Part shown: positions 56,406 through 64,000 of the stretch, piece after piece | How positions within the stretch are numbered: position 1 is the stretch's first letter | How the letters are laid out: every line of letters starts with the position of its first letter | Notes under the pieces: generated by a model | What the model saw: the letters and a program-made list of their open reading frames with translations, nothing else | The model's database searches: none | Told to the model about the DNA's origin: nothing | DNA from: Candidatus Nanopelagicales bacterium | Lineage (GTDB): Bacteria > Actinomycetota > Actinomycetes > S36-B12 > UBA5976 | Reading direction: 5' to 3' | DNA length: 64,000 nucleotides | Assembly: GCA_023260395.1 (NCBI GenBank) | Contig: JALQVI010000002.1 | Coordinates: 1,867 to 65,866, forward strand | Made by a program: the position numbers and the translations under genes

Positions 56406-56957
56406 TTAGGCCGACTTGCTCTTGCGTGGCTTAATTGGTTTGCCACCAACGCCAATGCGAGGAGGTGGCAAGCGGAAACGACGCATTTGCAATGCGCGAA
56501 GTGCACCGTATGAAGCCGCGCCTTTCGCCGATGGTTCATTGGGGAACAATTTGGCAACTTTCGAGCGAAGTCGAATACCAATAATCACCGTGTCAAGAAC
56601 GACGAGAACGAACAGCGTCATCCAAATCGCCAAAACAATTGATTGAACTGACTTATTTGGTACGAGTGAACCAATCATCACGACGATGGCACCGGGGATA
56701 AAGAACTCACCTGCGGTGCGGCGCGTGTCAATGTGGTCGCGAACAAATTCACGTACCGGTCCACGGTCGCGTGCTGGGAAGAAGCGGGCGTCACCTGCGA
56801 GCAACCCAGCGCGTGATTGCATGCGGGCCTCTCGATCGCGAGCACGTGCTGCCTTTGCATCACGTGGTGCTGCGAAACCCGTTTTGCGTCCAGCTTCTGC
56901 ATCTTTTCGCTTTGGGGTTGGACGACCCTTGCCAGTGTTCTCATCCTGAGTGCTCAT
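56406..56957 (-). CDS. Conserved actinobacterial membrane protein (DUF3043-like)
   Basis: N-terminal basic segment ..GKGRPTPKRKDAE.. followed by two TM helices. ATG 56957 was chosen because the ORF-track extension overlaps the divergent glycerate kinase gene. Confidence 0.6.
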   Translation of the reverse strand: MSTQDENTGKGRPTPKRKDAEAGRKTGFAAPRDAKAARARDREARMQSRAGLLAGDARFFPARDRGPVREFVRDHIDTRRTAGEFFIPGAIVVMIGSLVPNKSVQSIVLAIWMTLFVLVVLDTVIIGIRLRSKVAKLFPNEPSAKGAASYGALRALQMRRFRLPPPRIGVGGKPIKPRKSKSA

Positions 56958-56965
56958 AGTGGTTA

Positions 56966-56971
56966 ATGCTA
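56966..56971 (-). promoter_or_regulatory. -10-like TAGCAT, 8 nt before DUF3043 ATG (leaderless/short-leader candidate)
   Basis: On the minus strand the arrangement is TAGCAT-taaccact-ATG(56957). It overlaps the divergent glxK -10 through a shared CTAG. Confidence 0.35.
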
Positions 56972-56975
56972 GCGT
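56970..56975 (+). promoter_or_regulatory. -10-like TAGCGT, 6 nt before glycerate kinase ATG (leaderless candidate)
   Basis: The arrangement is TAGCGT-tcctct-ATG(56982). Confidence 0.45.
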
Positions 56976-56981
56976 TCCTCT

Positions 56982-58094
56982 ATGCGAGTTCTTGTGAGTC
57001 CTGACTGCTTTACCGGCACACTGACGGCTGTTGAAGCAGCGCACGCCATCCGAGATGGCTGGTTGCGTACGAATGCTAACGATGACATTCGTGTCATTCC
57101 GCTATCTGATGGTGGACCGGGATTCCTTGATTGCATGATTGAGTCTCTTGGCGCAACGGCTGTTCCCGTTATTGTGCAAGATCCACTAGGCCGCCAGATT
57201 CCCGCTGAGTTCGCAATTCTTGGAGATGAAGCCTGGGTTGAGTCAGCTCAAGCGTGTGGCCTTGCGCACTTGTCACAAGACGAACGTGATCCGCGATACA
57301 CCTCAACATTTGGTGTTGGCCAATTAATTGCGGCGGCAATCGACGCTGGTGCAAAGCGTGTGATAGTTGGACTAGGTGGCAGCGGCACCAATGACGGTGG
57401 AGCAGGCGCGCTCGCAGCGTTAGGCGCAGTGGCTGAATCAGGCGAACTCGCCAAGGGTGGAGCTGCGCTTGTCGATGTTACGGGTGTCGATTTGTCGGCT
57501 GCACTTGCTCGCGTTGCAGGCGTCGAAATTGTGTTGGCATCGGATGTCGATAATCCGCTACTCGGACTTCGTGGCGCGACTGCAATGTTCGGACGCCAAA
57601 AGGGTGCAGATGACATCATCATCATGACGCTCGAAGGCGCGCTCGAAACTTTTGCCACAACATTGGGTAAGCGTGCTGACGGGAAAGACCCAGCGGTTGC
57701 GCTAGGTGCCGGTGCGGCCGGTGGTCTGGGATTTGGTCTGATGCATCTCGGGGCTGTTCGTGTGCCTGGTATCTCGACTGTGATGGACACAGTTGGAATG
57801 GATTCGCTGCTCGCCGATGCTGACTTGGTGATCACTGGCGAAGGATGTCTTGATGACCAAAGCCTTCATGGCAAAGTCATTGCAGGTGTGGCTCAACGTG
57901 CGGTTGCCGTTGGCAAGCCGTGCGTCGCCTTGGCTGGAGATGTCCGACTAGGAAAGCGTGAAGCCAGTGCTGCAGGCATTGATTCGGCCTTTTCCATGAC
58001 TGAATTGGCTGGTAAAGAGGCAGCCATGGGTCAACCTCAAGCAGTTCTGGCTGATCTCGCCCAGCGAGTTGCCAAGACGTGGGGACGTGCCTAA
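56982..58094 (+). CDS. glxK: Glycerate kinase
   Basis: N-terminal MRVLVSPDCFTGTL.A and the late motif ..LVITGEGCLDDQSLHGKV.., typical of the GlxK/GarK family. Confidence 0.85.
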   Translation: MRVLVSPDCFTGTLTAVEAAHAIRDGWLRTNANDDIRVIPLSDGGPGFLDCMIESLGATAVPVIVQDPLGRQIPAEFAILGDEAWVESAQACGLAHLSQDERDPRYTSTFGVGQLIAAAIDAGAKRVIVGLGGSGTNDGGAGALAALGAVAESGELAKGGAALVDVTGVDLSAALARVAGVEIVLASDVDNPLLGLRGATAMFGRQKGADDIIIMTLEGALETFATTLGKRADGKDPAVALGAGAAGGLGFGLMHLGAVRVPGISTVMDTVGMDSLLADADLVITGEGCLDDQSLHGKVIAGVAQRAVAVGKPCVALAGDVRLGKREASAAGIDSAFSMTELAGKEAAMGQPQAVLADLAQRVAKTWGRA

Positions 58095-58193
58095 TTCTCG
58101 AAGCGCTCGTCAACGTTCTGCGGGGAATAGATTCTCTGGCACAATGGTTATTGCTAGTGATTGATCACATCACTCACACCCTCAAGGAGTTCC

Positions 58194-58538
58194 ATGACTA
58201 CCGAATCCGTTGAAAGCTCTGTAGTGCTGACCGAAGTTGCAGCAGGCAAAGTAAAGACGTTGCTCGAACAAGAAGGTCGCGACGATCTCAATCTTCGAAT
58301 TGCTGTTCAGCCAGGTGGATGCGCCGGACTTCGTTACCAACTTTTCTTCGATGATCGCAATCTCGAAGGTGATACACGTTTGGACATCAGCGGAGTTGGT
58401 GTTGTCGTAGACCGAATGAGCGTTCCTTACCTTGGTGGCGCAGTAATCGATTTTGTGGACACCATTGAAAAGCAAGGTTTCACAATCGACAATCCAAACG
58501 CAACAGGTTCATGTGCTTGCGGAGATTCATTTAGCTAA
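58194..58538 (+). CDS. erpA: Iron-sulfur cluster insertion protein (HesB/IscA/ErpA family)
   Basis: Conserved Cys in ..GGCAGL.. and a C-terminal ..GSCACGDSF. AAGGAG lies 4 nt upstream of ATG 58194. Confidence 0.9.
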   Translation: MTTESVESSVVLTEVAAGKVKTLLEQEGRDDLNLRIAVQPGGCAGLRYQLFFDDRNLEGDTRLDISGVGVVVDRMSVPYLGGAVIDFVDTIEKQGFTIDNPNATGSCACGDSFS

Positions 58539-58612
58539 ACCACTTAGTCGTGGTCGTAACAGGCTCGTATCCCATGGGGGTGCGGGCCTGTTGCTCGTTA
58601 TGCTTATCAATT

Positions 58613-59599
58613 GTGCGTATAGGTATCACCGGTTCAGTTGCTACTGACCACCTCATGAGTTTTCCTGGCAAGTTCAACGACTCGTTAATGGCCGACCAAC
58701 TTCACAATGTGTCGTTGTCGTTTTTGGTTGATGATTTGCAGATCCGTCGTGGTGGTGTGGCCGCAAACATTTGCTTTGGCATGGGTGTACTTGGTGGCCA
58801 TCCATTACTCATTGCTGCCGTAGGTCACGATTTTGACGAATACCGCAATTGGCTAGAGCAGCACGGCGTCATTTGCGATCAAGTGCACACTTCATCAACT
58901 GCACATACTGCCCGCTTTATGTGCACGACGGACCAAGAACAAAACCAAATCGCATCGTTTTATCCAGGTGCCATGTCAGAATCTCGCGACCTCGATTTGG
59001 CCACCGTTGCCAAACGTGTAGGCGGTTTAGACCTCGTGCTCATTGGTGCTGACGACCCCGAAGCCATGATTAAGCACGCTGCGGCATGCAAGGCGCAAGG
59101 GATTGACTTCATCGCCGACCCATCTCAGCAACTGCCTCGACTTGATGGTGACCAAACCCGTGCTGTCATCGATGGTGCAAAGTATTTGTTTAACAATGAA
59201 TATGAAGCACAACTCATTGAGCAGCGCACAGGTTGGACAAATGAAGAACTTCTCGAACATGTTGGAATTCGCGTAACAACGCTGGGCAAAGATGGCGCAC
59301 GAATTACCTCGCGTGATGGAACTGACATTCATGTTCCAGTTGCTCAAGAAAAAGAAATTAAAGATCCAACTGGAGTTGGTGACGCATTCCGCGCTGGATT
59401 CATTATGGGTTTGCAATGGGGGATGAGCCTTGAACGTAGTGCACAAGTTGGGTCGTTGCTCGCAACCTATGTCATCGAAACAGTAGGCACTCAAGAGTTC
59501 ACGTTGTCGAAATCTGGATTCCTTGATCGTCTCGGTCGCGCCTATGGTGCTCAAGCTGCCAGCGACATTCACGATCACTTGACGTGCCACAATCCATAA
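58613..59599 (+). CDS. PfkB-family carbohydrate/nucleoside kinase (actinobacterial AdoK/CbhK-like)
   Basis: PfkB signature ..DPTGVGDAFRAGF... GTG 58613 was chosen so the protein starts VRIGITGS, and the ORF-track N-terminus is not family-like. Confidence 0.8.
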   Translation: MRIGITGSVATDHLMSFPGKFNDSLMADQLHNVSLSFLVDDLQIRRGGVAANICFGMGVLGGHPLLIAAVGHDFDEYRNWLEQHGVICDQVHTSSTAHTARFMCTTDQEQNQIASFYPGAMSESRDLDLATVAKRVGGLDLVLIGADDPEAMIKHAAACKAQGIDFIADPSQQLPRLDGDQTRAVIDGAKYLFNNEYEAQLIEQRTGWTNEELLEHVGIRVTTLGKDGARITSRDGTDIHVPVAQEKEIKDPTGVGDAFRAGFIMGLQWGMSLERSAQVGSLLATYVIETVGTQEFTLSKSGFLDRLGRAYGAQAASDIHDHLTCHNP

Positions 59600-59632
59600 G
59601 TCGCTAGTTTGTCTTTAGTTGAAAGGCAACAC

Positions 59633-60358
59633 ATGATCATCGACTTCCCTGACCCACGCGATGCACCAGATGAGTGTGATTTGCTCGCCGTCGGAGCATG
59701 GGACCTTGATGGCTTTGAGGTTGTTGCCCCAGATGATTTGGATTGGCCCAAACTGACGAAGTTTGGCAGTCGATGGGACTCGGAAGTGATTATCGAGGCT
59801 TATCGTCGAGGTCTTTTTCCGATGCCGTTTGACGTTGATGACCAGTTTCAGGCTATTGGGTGGTGGTCACCTGCAAAACGTGCCATTTTCTACCCACACC
59901 GGATTCGCCTGACTCGCTCATTACGCAAAGACTTGACGAAATTTACTGTGACAATCGATAGCGCATTTGAATCAGTTGTCCGAGAATGTGGTGATCCGAG
60001 TCGCCCGCACGGGTGGATTGATGACAACGTAGTGGCGGCATACGTGGATTTGCATCAACAAGGTCACGCGCATTCAGTCGAGGTGTGGCAAGACTCGGTT
60101 CTTGTGGGCGGCCTCTACGGATTGGCAGTTGGTGGCATTTTCGCTGGTGAATCTATGTTTCACAAAGTCACAAACGCCTCGAAAGTCGCACTTGTACACC
60201 TCGGACGTTGGCTTGATGATGGTTCCGGTCGGGTCATTGATTCGCAATGGATGACCGACCACTTGGCCTCGATGGGCGCAATCGAAATTACTCGAGATCA
60301 GTACTGCGATCTGTTAGCCGACAAACTGGCAATTGACCCTCCTAAACCGTGGGTGTGA
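59633..60358 (+). CDS. aat: Leucyl/phenylalanyl-tRNA--protein transferase
   Basis: ..AYRRGLFPMP.. and ..WWSP..R.. motifs. GAAAGG lies 6 nt upstream of ATG 59633. Confidence 0.8.
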   Translation: MIIDFPDPRDAPDECDLLAVGAWDLDGFEVVAPDDLDWPKLTKFGSRWDSEVIIEAYRRGLFPMPFDVDDQFQAIGWWSPAKRAIFYPHRIRLTRSLRKDLTKFTVTIDSAFESVVRECGDPSRPHGWIDDNVVAAYVDLHQQGHAHSVEVWQDSVLVGGLYGLAVGGIFAGESMFHKVTNASKVALVHLGRWLDDGSGRVIDSQWMTDHLASMGAIEITRDQYCDLLADKLAIDPPKPWV

Positions 60359-60508
60359 TATTCGTCCTAAGTGCTGTCCAAAGCCCGTATTTGTTGGGGA
60401 TTGCGATAGGGTTCAAGGGTAGAAGTAGCCCAGTTTTAGGCTCTGGCGCCGCCGGAAAGACGGCGATGGCTGGGGAGAAACTGGATCGACCTAGAGGATG
60501 ATCTTTTC

Positions 60509-61306
60509 GTGAAAACGACTCGTGCACGTCTTGGTGCGCTTATCGCGATCGTGGCCTTGCCAGTGTTGCTTACTGGTTGCTCCAACGATTCTGAGCTAAC
60601 CCGATTTGGATTTCCATCACCGGCAACCAAGGAAGGCCCAACGATTATTACGTTGTGGCAGGGTTCTTGGATTGCTGCAGGACTCGTGGGAATTCTTACC
60701 TGGGGTCTGATGATTTGGGCGATTGTGGTCTACCGTCGTCGCGATGGGGATCCCGTTCCTGCGCAAACGCGCTACAACGTGCCAATCGAAATCATGTACA
60801 CGATTATTCCGTTGATCATGATTCTTGGCCTTTTCTACTTCACAGCTAAAGACCAGGCCGCGTTGACCAAAGTCTCCAACGACAACACTCACACAGTGAA
60901 CGTTCAAGGCTGGCGTTGGTCATGGGGCTTTAACTACACGGACGAAAATGTGTTCGATGCTGGAACTCCAGCGCACCGCCCAGAGTTGTGGCTACCAGTA
61001 GATGAAAAGGTGAAGTTTGTTTTGACTTCGCCAGATGTCATCCACTCATTCTGGGTACCAGCATTCTTGACCAAGATGGACATCGTTCCTGGTCGCCACA
61101 ACACTTTCGAAGTAACGCCAAACAAGATCGGAACTTTCGCTGGAAAGTGCGCCGAACTTTGTGGTGTTGATCATTCGCGCATGTTGTTTGATGTCAAGGT
61201 TGTCAGCCGAGCTGACTACGACGCGCACATCGCAGAACTCAAGGCAAAAGGCCAGGTCGGTCAAGTCGACACTGGACGTTCAGCAGTAGCAGGAGCGGCA
61301 CAATGA
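60509..61306 (+). CDS. ctaC: Cytochrome c oxidase subunit II
   Basis: Lipoprotein-like signal (LLTGCS), two TM helices and the CuA site H...[15 protein letters not shown] start. Confidence 0.95.
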   Translation: MKTTRARLGALIAIVALPVLLTGCSNDSELTRFGFPSPATKEGPTIITLWQGSWIAAGLVGILTWGLMIWAIVVYRRRDGDPVPAQTRYNVPIEIMYTIIPLIMILGLFYFTAKDQAALTKVSNDNTHTVNVQGWRWSWGFNYTDENVFDAGTPAHRPELWLPVDEKVKFVLTSPDVIHSFWVPAFLTKMDIVPGRHNTFEVTPNKIGTFAGKCAELCGVDHSRMLFDVKVVSRADYDAHIAELKAKGQVGQVDTGRSAVAGAAQ

Positions 61307-63009
61307 CACTTTTAGATCAACCAGTCGAGGCAGTAGCAACGGCCGCGCCAGCGCGTAAAAAGCCATTGGGTCGAAAGATTGCTAACTGGCTAACCAGCAC
61401 TGACCACAAGGTCATTGGCAACCTGTACCTCGTTACTTCATTCACGTTCTTCATCATTGCTGGAGCAATGGCGCTTGTTATCCGTGCTGAATTGGCTCAG
61501 CCTGGTTTGCAGTTTGTTTCTAACGAGCAGTACAACCAGTTGTTCACCATGCATGGAACTTTGATGTTGTTCTTGTTCGCAACCTCGTTGTTTGCTGGTT
61601 TTGCAAATGCTTTGATGCCACTGCAAATTGGTTCACCTGACGTCGCGTTTCCGCGCTTGAACATGATCAGCTACTGGTTGTACTTCTTTGGCGGCATGAT
61701 TGTGCTCTTTGGATTCCTCACTCCAGGTGGCGCAGCTAGCTTTGGTTGGTTCGCCTATGCACCGCTTTCAAACGTTGTGAACTCACCAAACGTAGGCTCA
61801 GATCTTTGGATTATGGGTCTGACTATGGGTGGTATGGCTTCCATCCTTGGCGCAGTGAACTTCATTACAACGATCTTCACGATGCGTGCACCGGGCATGA
61901 CCATGTTCCGTATGCCAGTTTTCACATGGAACGTTCTGCTGACGTCAATCTTGATCTTGATGGCTTTCCCAGTACTAGCTGCAGCCATGTTGATGCTTGA
62001 AGTGGACCGCAAGTTTGGTGCGCACGTGTACGACGCCGCTAACGGCGGTGCGATTTTGTGGCAGCACTTGTTCTGGTTCTTCGGTCACCCCGAGGTCTAC
62101 ATTCTGGCGTTGCCGTTCTTTGGTATCGCAACTGAAATTCTTCCTGTTTTCAGTCGTAAGCCAATCTTTGGATACAAGGGCTTGGTCTTTGCAACTATCG
62201 CAATTGCCGGTCTTTCAGTAGCCGTTTGGGCTCACCACATGTATGTAACAGGAGCAGTGAACTTACCGTTCTTTAGCTTCATGACGATGCTGATTGCGGT
62301 GCCGACTGGTGTGAAGTTCTTCAACTGGATTGGAACGATGTGGGGTGGGTCGGTCTCGTTTGAAACACCGATGCTCTGGACCATCGGATTCCTTGCAACC
62401 TTCCTTTTCGGTGGACTCACCGGCATCATGTTGGCTGCGCCTCCGATTGACTTCCATGTCAGTGACTCATACTTCGTCGTAGCTCACTTCCACTACGTAC
62501 TGTTTGGAACAGTTGTGTTCGCGATGTTCGCTGGTTTCTATTTCTGGTGGCCAAAGCTCACCGGAAAAATGTTGGACGAACGTCTAGGCAAGATTCACTT
62601 CTGGCTTGTGTTCTTTGGATTCCACACCACATTCCTGGTTCAGCACTGGCTCGGTGTAGAAGGTATGCCTCGTCGTTATGCGGACTACCTTGCTAGCGAT
62701 GGCTTTACCTCGCTGAACATGGTGTCCACTATTGGCTCGTTTGTCCTGGGTGCTTCGTCATTTGTGTTCTTCTGGAACGTTTACAAGACCACAAAGTACG
62801 CACCTTTGGTTACCGTTGATGATCCATGGGGCTGGGGGTGCTCGTTGGAATGGGCAACATCATGCCCACCGCCACGTCATAACTTCCACTCAATCCCACG
62901 TATTCGTAGCGAACGACCAGCCTTTGATTTGCATCATCCAGAGGTGGAAAACCTCGATGTTGAAACTCGCACAGCAATCGTTGACAGCGTGACTGGAGGA
63001 GCTCACTAA
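61303..63009 (+). CDS. ctaD: Cytochrome c oxidase subunit I
   Basis: 568 aa with 12 TM helices. Heme/CuB ligand regions are present (..[10 protein letters not shown].., ..HHMY.., ..HFHYV..). It overlaps ctaC by 4 nt. Confidence 0.95.
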   Translation: MTLLDQPVEAVATAAPARKKPLGRKIANWLTSTDHKVIGNLYLVTSFTFFIIAGAMALVIRAELAQPGLQFVSNEQYNQLFTMHGTLMLFLFATSLFAGFANALMPLQIGSPDVAFPRLNMISYWLYFFGGMIVLFGFLTPGGAASFGWFAYAPLSNVVNSPNVGSDLWIMGLTMGGMASILGAVNFITTIFTMRAPGMTMFRMPVFTWNVLLTSILILMAFPVLAAAMLMLEVDRKFGAHVYDAANGGAILWQHLFWFFGHPEVYILALPFFGIATEILPVFSRKPIFGYKGLVFATIAIAGLSVAVWAHHMYVTGAVNLPFFSFMTMLIAVPTGVKFFNWIGTMWGGSVSFETPMLWTIGFLATFLFGGLTGIMLAAPPIDFHVSDSYFVVAHFHYVLFGTVVFAMFAGFYFWWPKLTGKMLDERLGKIHFWLVFFGFHTTFLVQHWLGVEGMPRRYADYLASDGFTSLNMVSTIGSFVLGASSFVFFWNVYKTTKYAPLVTVDDPWGWGCSLEWATSCPPPRHNFHSIPRIRSERPAFDLHHPEVENLDVETRTAIVDSVTGGAH

Positions 63010-63404
63010 TGAATATCGGTGGCAAACTATTCGCCTATGGCGCGTTGCTCTACTTCACGATTGCAACGGTTTACGGCCTTATGTCGCATGACCCAATTGG
63101 TACAACTGTCATTGCAATGACTGGCGGATTGGCCTTCTTGGTTGCGTTCTATTCGCTTTTTACTTCAAAGCGCGTTGGACCACTTCCCGAAGATAACGAA
63201 ATTGCACGCATTGAAGATGCTGATACCGATTACGGTTTCTTTTCGCCACATTCAATCTGGCCGTTGGCACTTGGATTTTCAACATTCCTGTTCGTTATGG
63301 GTTTTGTCTTTGCAAACTGGCTAGCAGTGCTTGGTGTTATTGCGTTGTTGTACTCAGTGTTCGGTTTGATTTTCGAGTACTACCGCGGCGATTTCGCCAA
63401 CTAA
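63009..63404 (+). CDS. ctaF: Cytochrome c oxidase subunit IV (actinobacterial CtaF)
   Basis: 131 aa with four TM helices. It lies directly after ctaD, joined by a TAATG overlap. Confidence 0.8.
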   Translation: MNIGGKLFAYGALLYFTIATVYGLMSHDPIGTTVIAMTGGLAFLVAFYSLFTSKRVGPLPEDNEIARIEDADTDYGFFSPHSIWPLALGFSTFLFVMGFVFANWLAVLGVIALLYSVFGLIFEYYRGDFAN

Positions 63405-63407
63405 TTT

Positions 63408-64000
63408 ATGCAGTCACTTCGACTGACCGTAGCGATAACCACCGGCAATTGTGCAGGGTGGTTATCGCGCATTACGGGCCGTGGTCGAGGTGAAACGCTA
63501 CGTGGTCGAGTCCTACTGGCTATTGACCCCAAGGCGCTAGTCAAGCTCTCCGCACAACGTGACATCGTTCTGGTCAGTGGCACAAATGGCAAGACCACCA
63601 CGACTGCCAACTTGGCAAAGATCCTTGCAGATGGAACTGAAGAGTCGGTCAGCACGAGTCAGTACGGTGCAAATATGACCGCAGGTATTGCGGCAGTTTT
63701 GATGCAAAAACCTGCTCACAGACTCGTGGTGCTTGAATGTGATGAGCTGTATTTGCCAAAAATGTATGACACCTTGAAGCCACAAGTGATTGTGCTTCTT
63801 AATCTCTCGCGCGATCAACTTCATCGAACGGGAGAAGTTCGTAAAGTAGCGAATTTGTGGCGCAATACCTTCACTCGGGATGATGTCACGTTGGTCATCG
63901 ATCGAGACGACCCATTTTTAGAATTTGCTGCCAGCCAGGCAGGTCACGTCTTGCGCGTGACCTTTGGCGGTCGCAAACATCCTGATGCGGCAACGTGTCC
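63408..64000 (+). CDS. murT: Mur-ligase-family protein MurT (lipid II isoglutaminyl synthase subunit), 5' part; runs off the window
   Basis: Hand translation from ATG 63408 is open to the window end. It gives ..LVSGTNGKTTTTANLAKIL.. (a Mur ligase P-loop) and ..NLSRDQLHR... It is absent from the ORF track because no stop lies within the window. Confidence 0.8.
   Translation, partial: MQSLRLTVAITTGNCAGWLSRITGRGRGETLRGRVLLAIDPKALVKLSAQRDIVLVSGTNGKTTTTANLAKILADGTEESVSTSQYGANMTAGIAAVLMQKPAHRLVVLECDELYLPKMYDTLKPQVIVLLNLSRDQLHRTGEVRKVANLWRNTFTRDDVTLVIDRDDPFLEFAASQAGHVLRVTFGGRKHPDAATC

Noticed and set aside
57248-57835. 195-aa minus-strand ORF inside the glycerate kinase gene
   Set aside because: It is an Ala/Pro/Ser-rich antisense frame of a well-supported CDS with no start signals, a typical shadow ORF.
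58539-58612. Hairpin AACAGGC...GCCTGTT with inner CCCATGGG between erpA and the PfkB kinase gene
   Set aside because: The stem is only 7 bp with a 21-nt loop and no U-tract, so it is too weak to call a terminator or attenuator.
63401-63824. Two minus-strand ORFs (84 and 95 aa) at the right end
   Set aside because: They are antisense to the open plus-strand frame, which has an unmistakable Mur-ligase P-loop (MurT) and continues past the window edge.

Overview
This is a gene-dense chromosomal segment of about 50% GC with roughly 62 protein genes, many with start/stop overlaps. Its backbone is the conserved actinobacterial core neighbourhood: nadE / glnA2-glnE ... glnA1 / RDD-DUF4191-lipA-lipB / sucB(dlaT)-lpdA-pepA / gcvT / cobTSC / DUF3043-glxK-erpA-PfkB kinase-aat / ctaCDF-murT. 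The compactness and mid GC suggest a streamlined, possibly freshwater-type, actinobacterium, but the taxon cannot be proven from the window. I found no rRNA, tRNA, CRISPR array, transposase, integrase or phage genes. Supported non-coding features are:
- one clear cobalamin riboswitch (minus strand, ~54911-55130) with an RBS-sequestering helix, upstream of btuFCD-cobU
- a near-consensus four-site GlnR box upstream of glnA1 (31768-31805)
- four strong hairpin terminators
- about 16 operon heads with a TANNNT -10 element 6-7 nt (8 nt at one) from the start codon, indicating leaderless mRNAs
- a 375-bp AT-rich block with phased A-tracts

The dominant theme is nitrogen and polyamine metabolism. The window holds three glutamine-synthetase-fold paralogues, glnE, a GATase1, an amidohydrolase, agmatine deiminase, an agmatinase-family ureohydrolase, an Orn/Lys/Arg decarboxylase, an ornithine-cyclodeaminase-family gene, PxpABC plus DUF1989, and a solitary ectC. 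I see no canonical defence or mobile system. The best candidates for undescribed biology are:
- the ureohydrolase-DUF1989-pxpABC block (1-4375)
- a stand-alone 41-aa Lys/Ala-repeat histone-tail-like gene with a curved AT-rich upstream region (13720-14292)
- the translationally coupled glnA2-GATase1-glnE unit
- the ectC-S9 peptidase-redoxin operon beside glnA1
- a small XRE locus with a convergent overlapping ORF (25046-25858)

All functional calls rest on motif and family recognition by eye, not on database searches.
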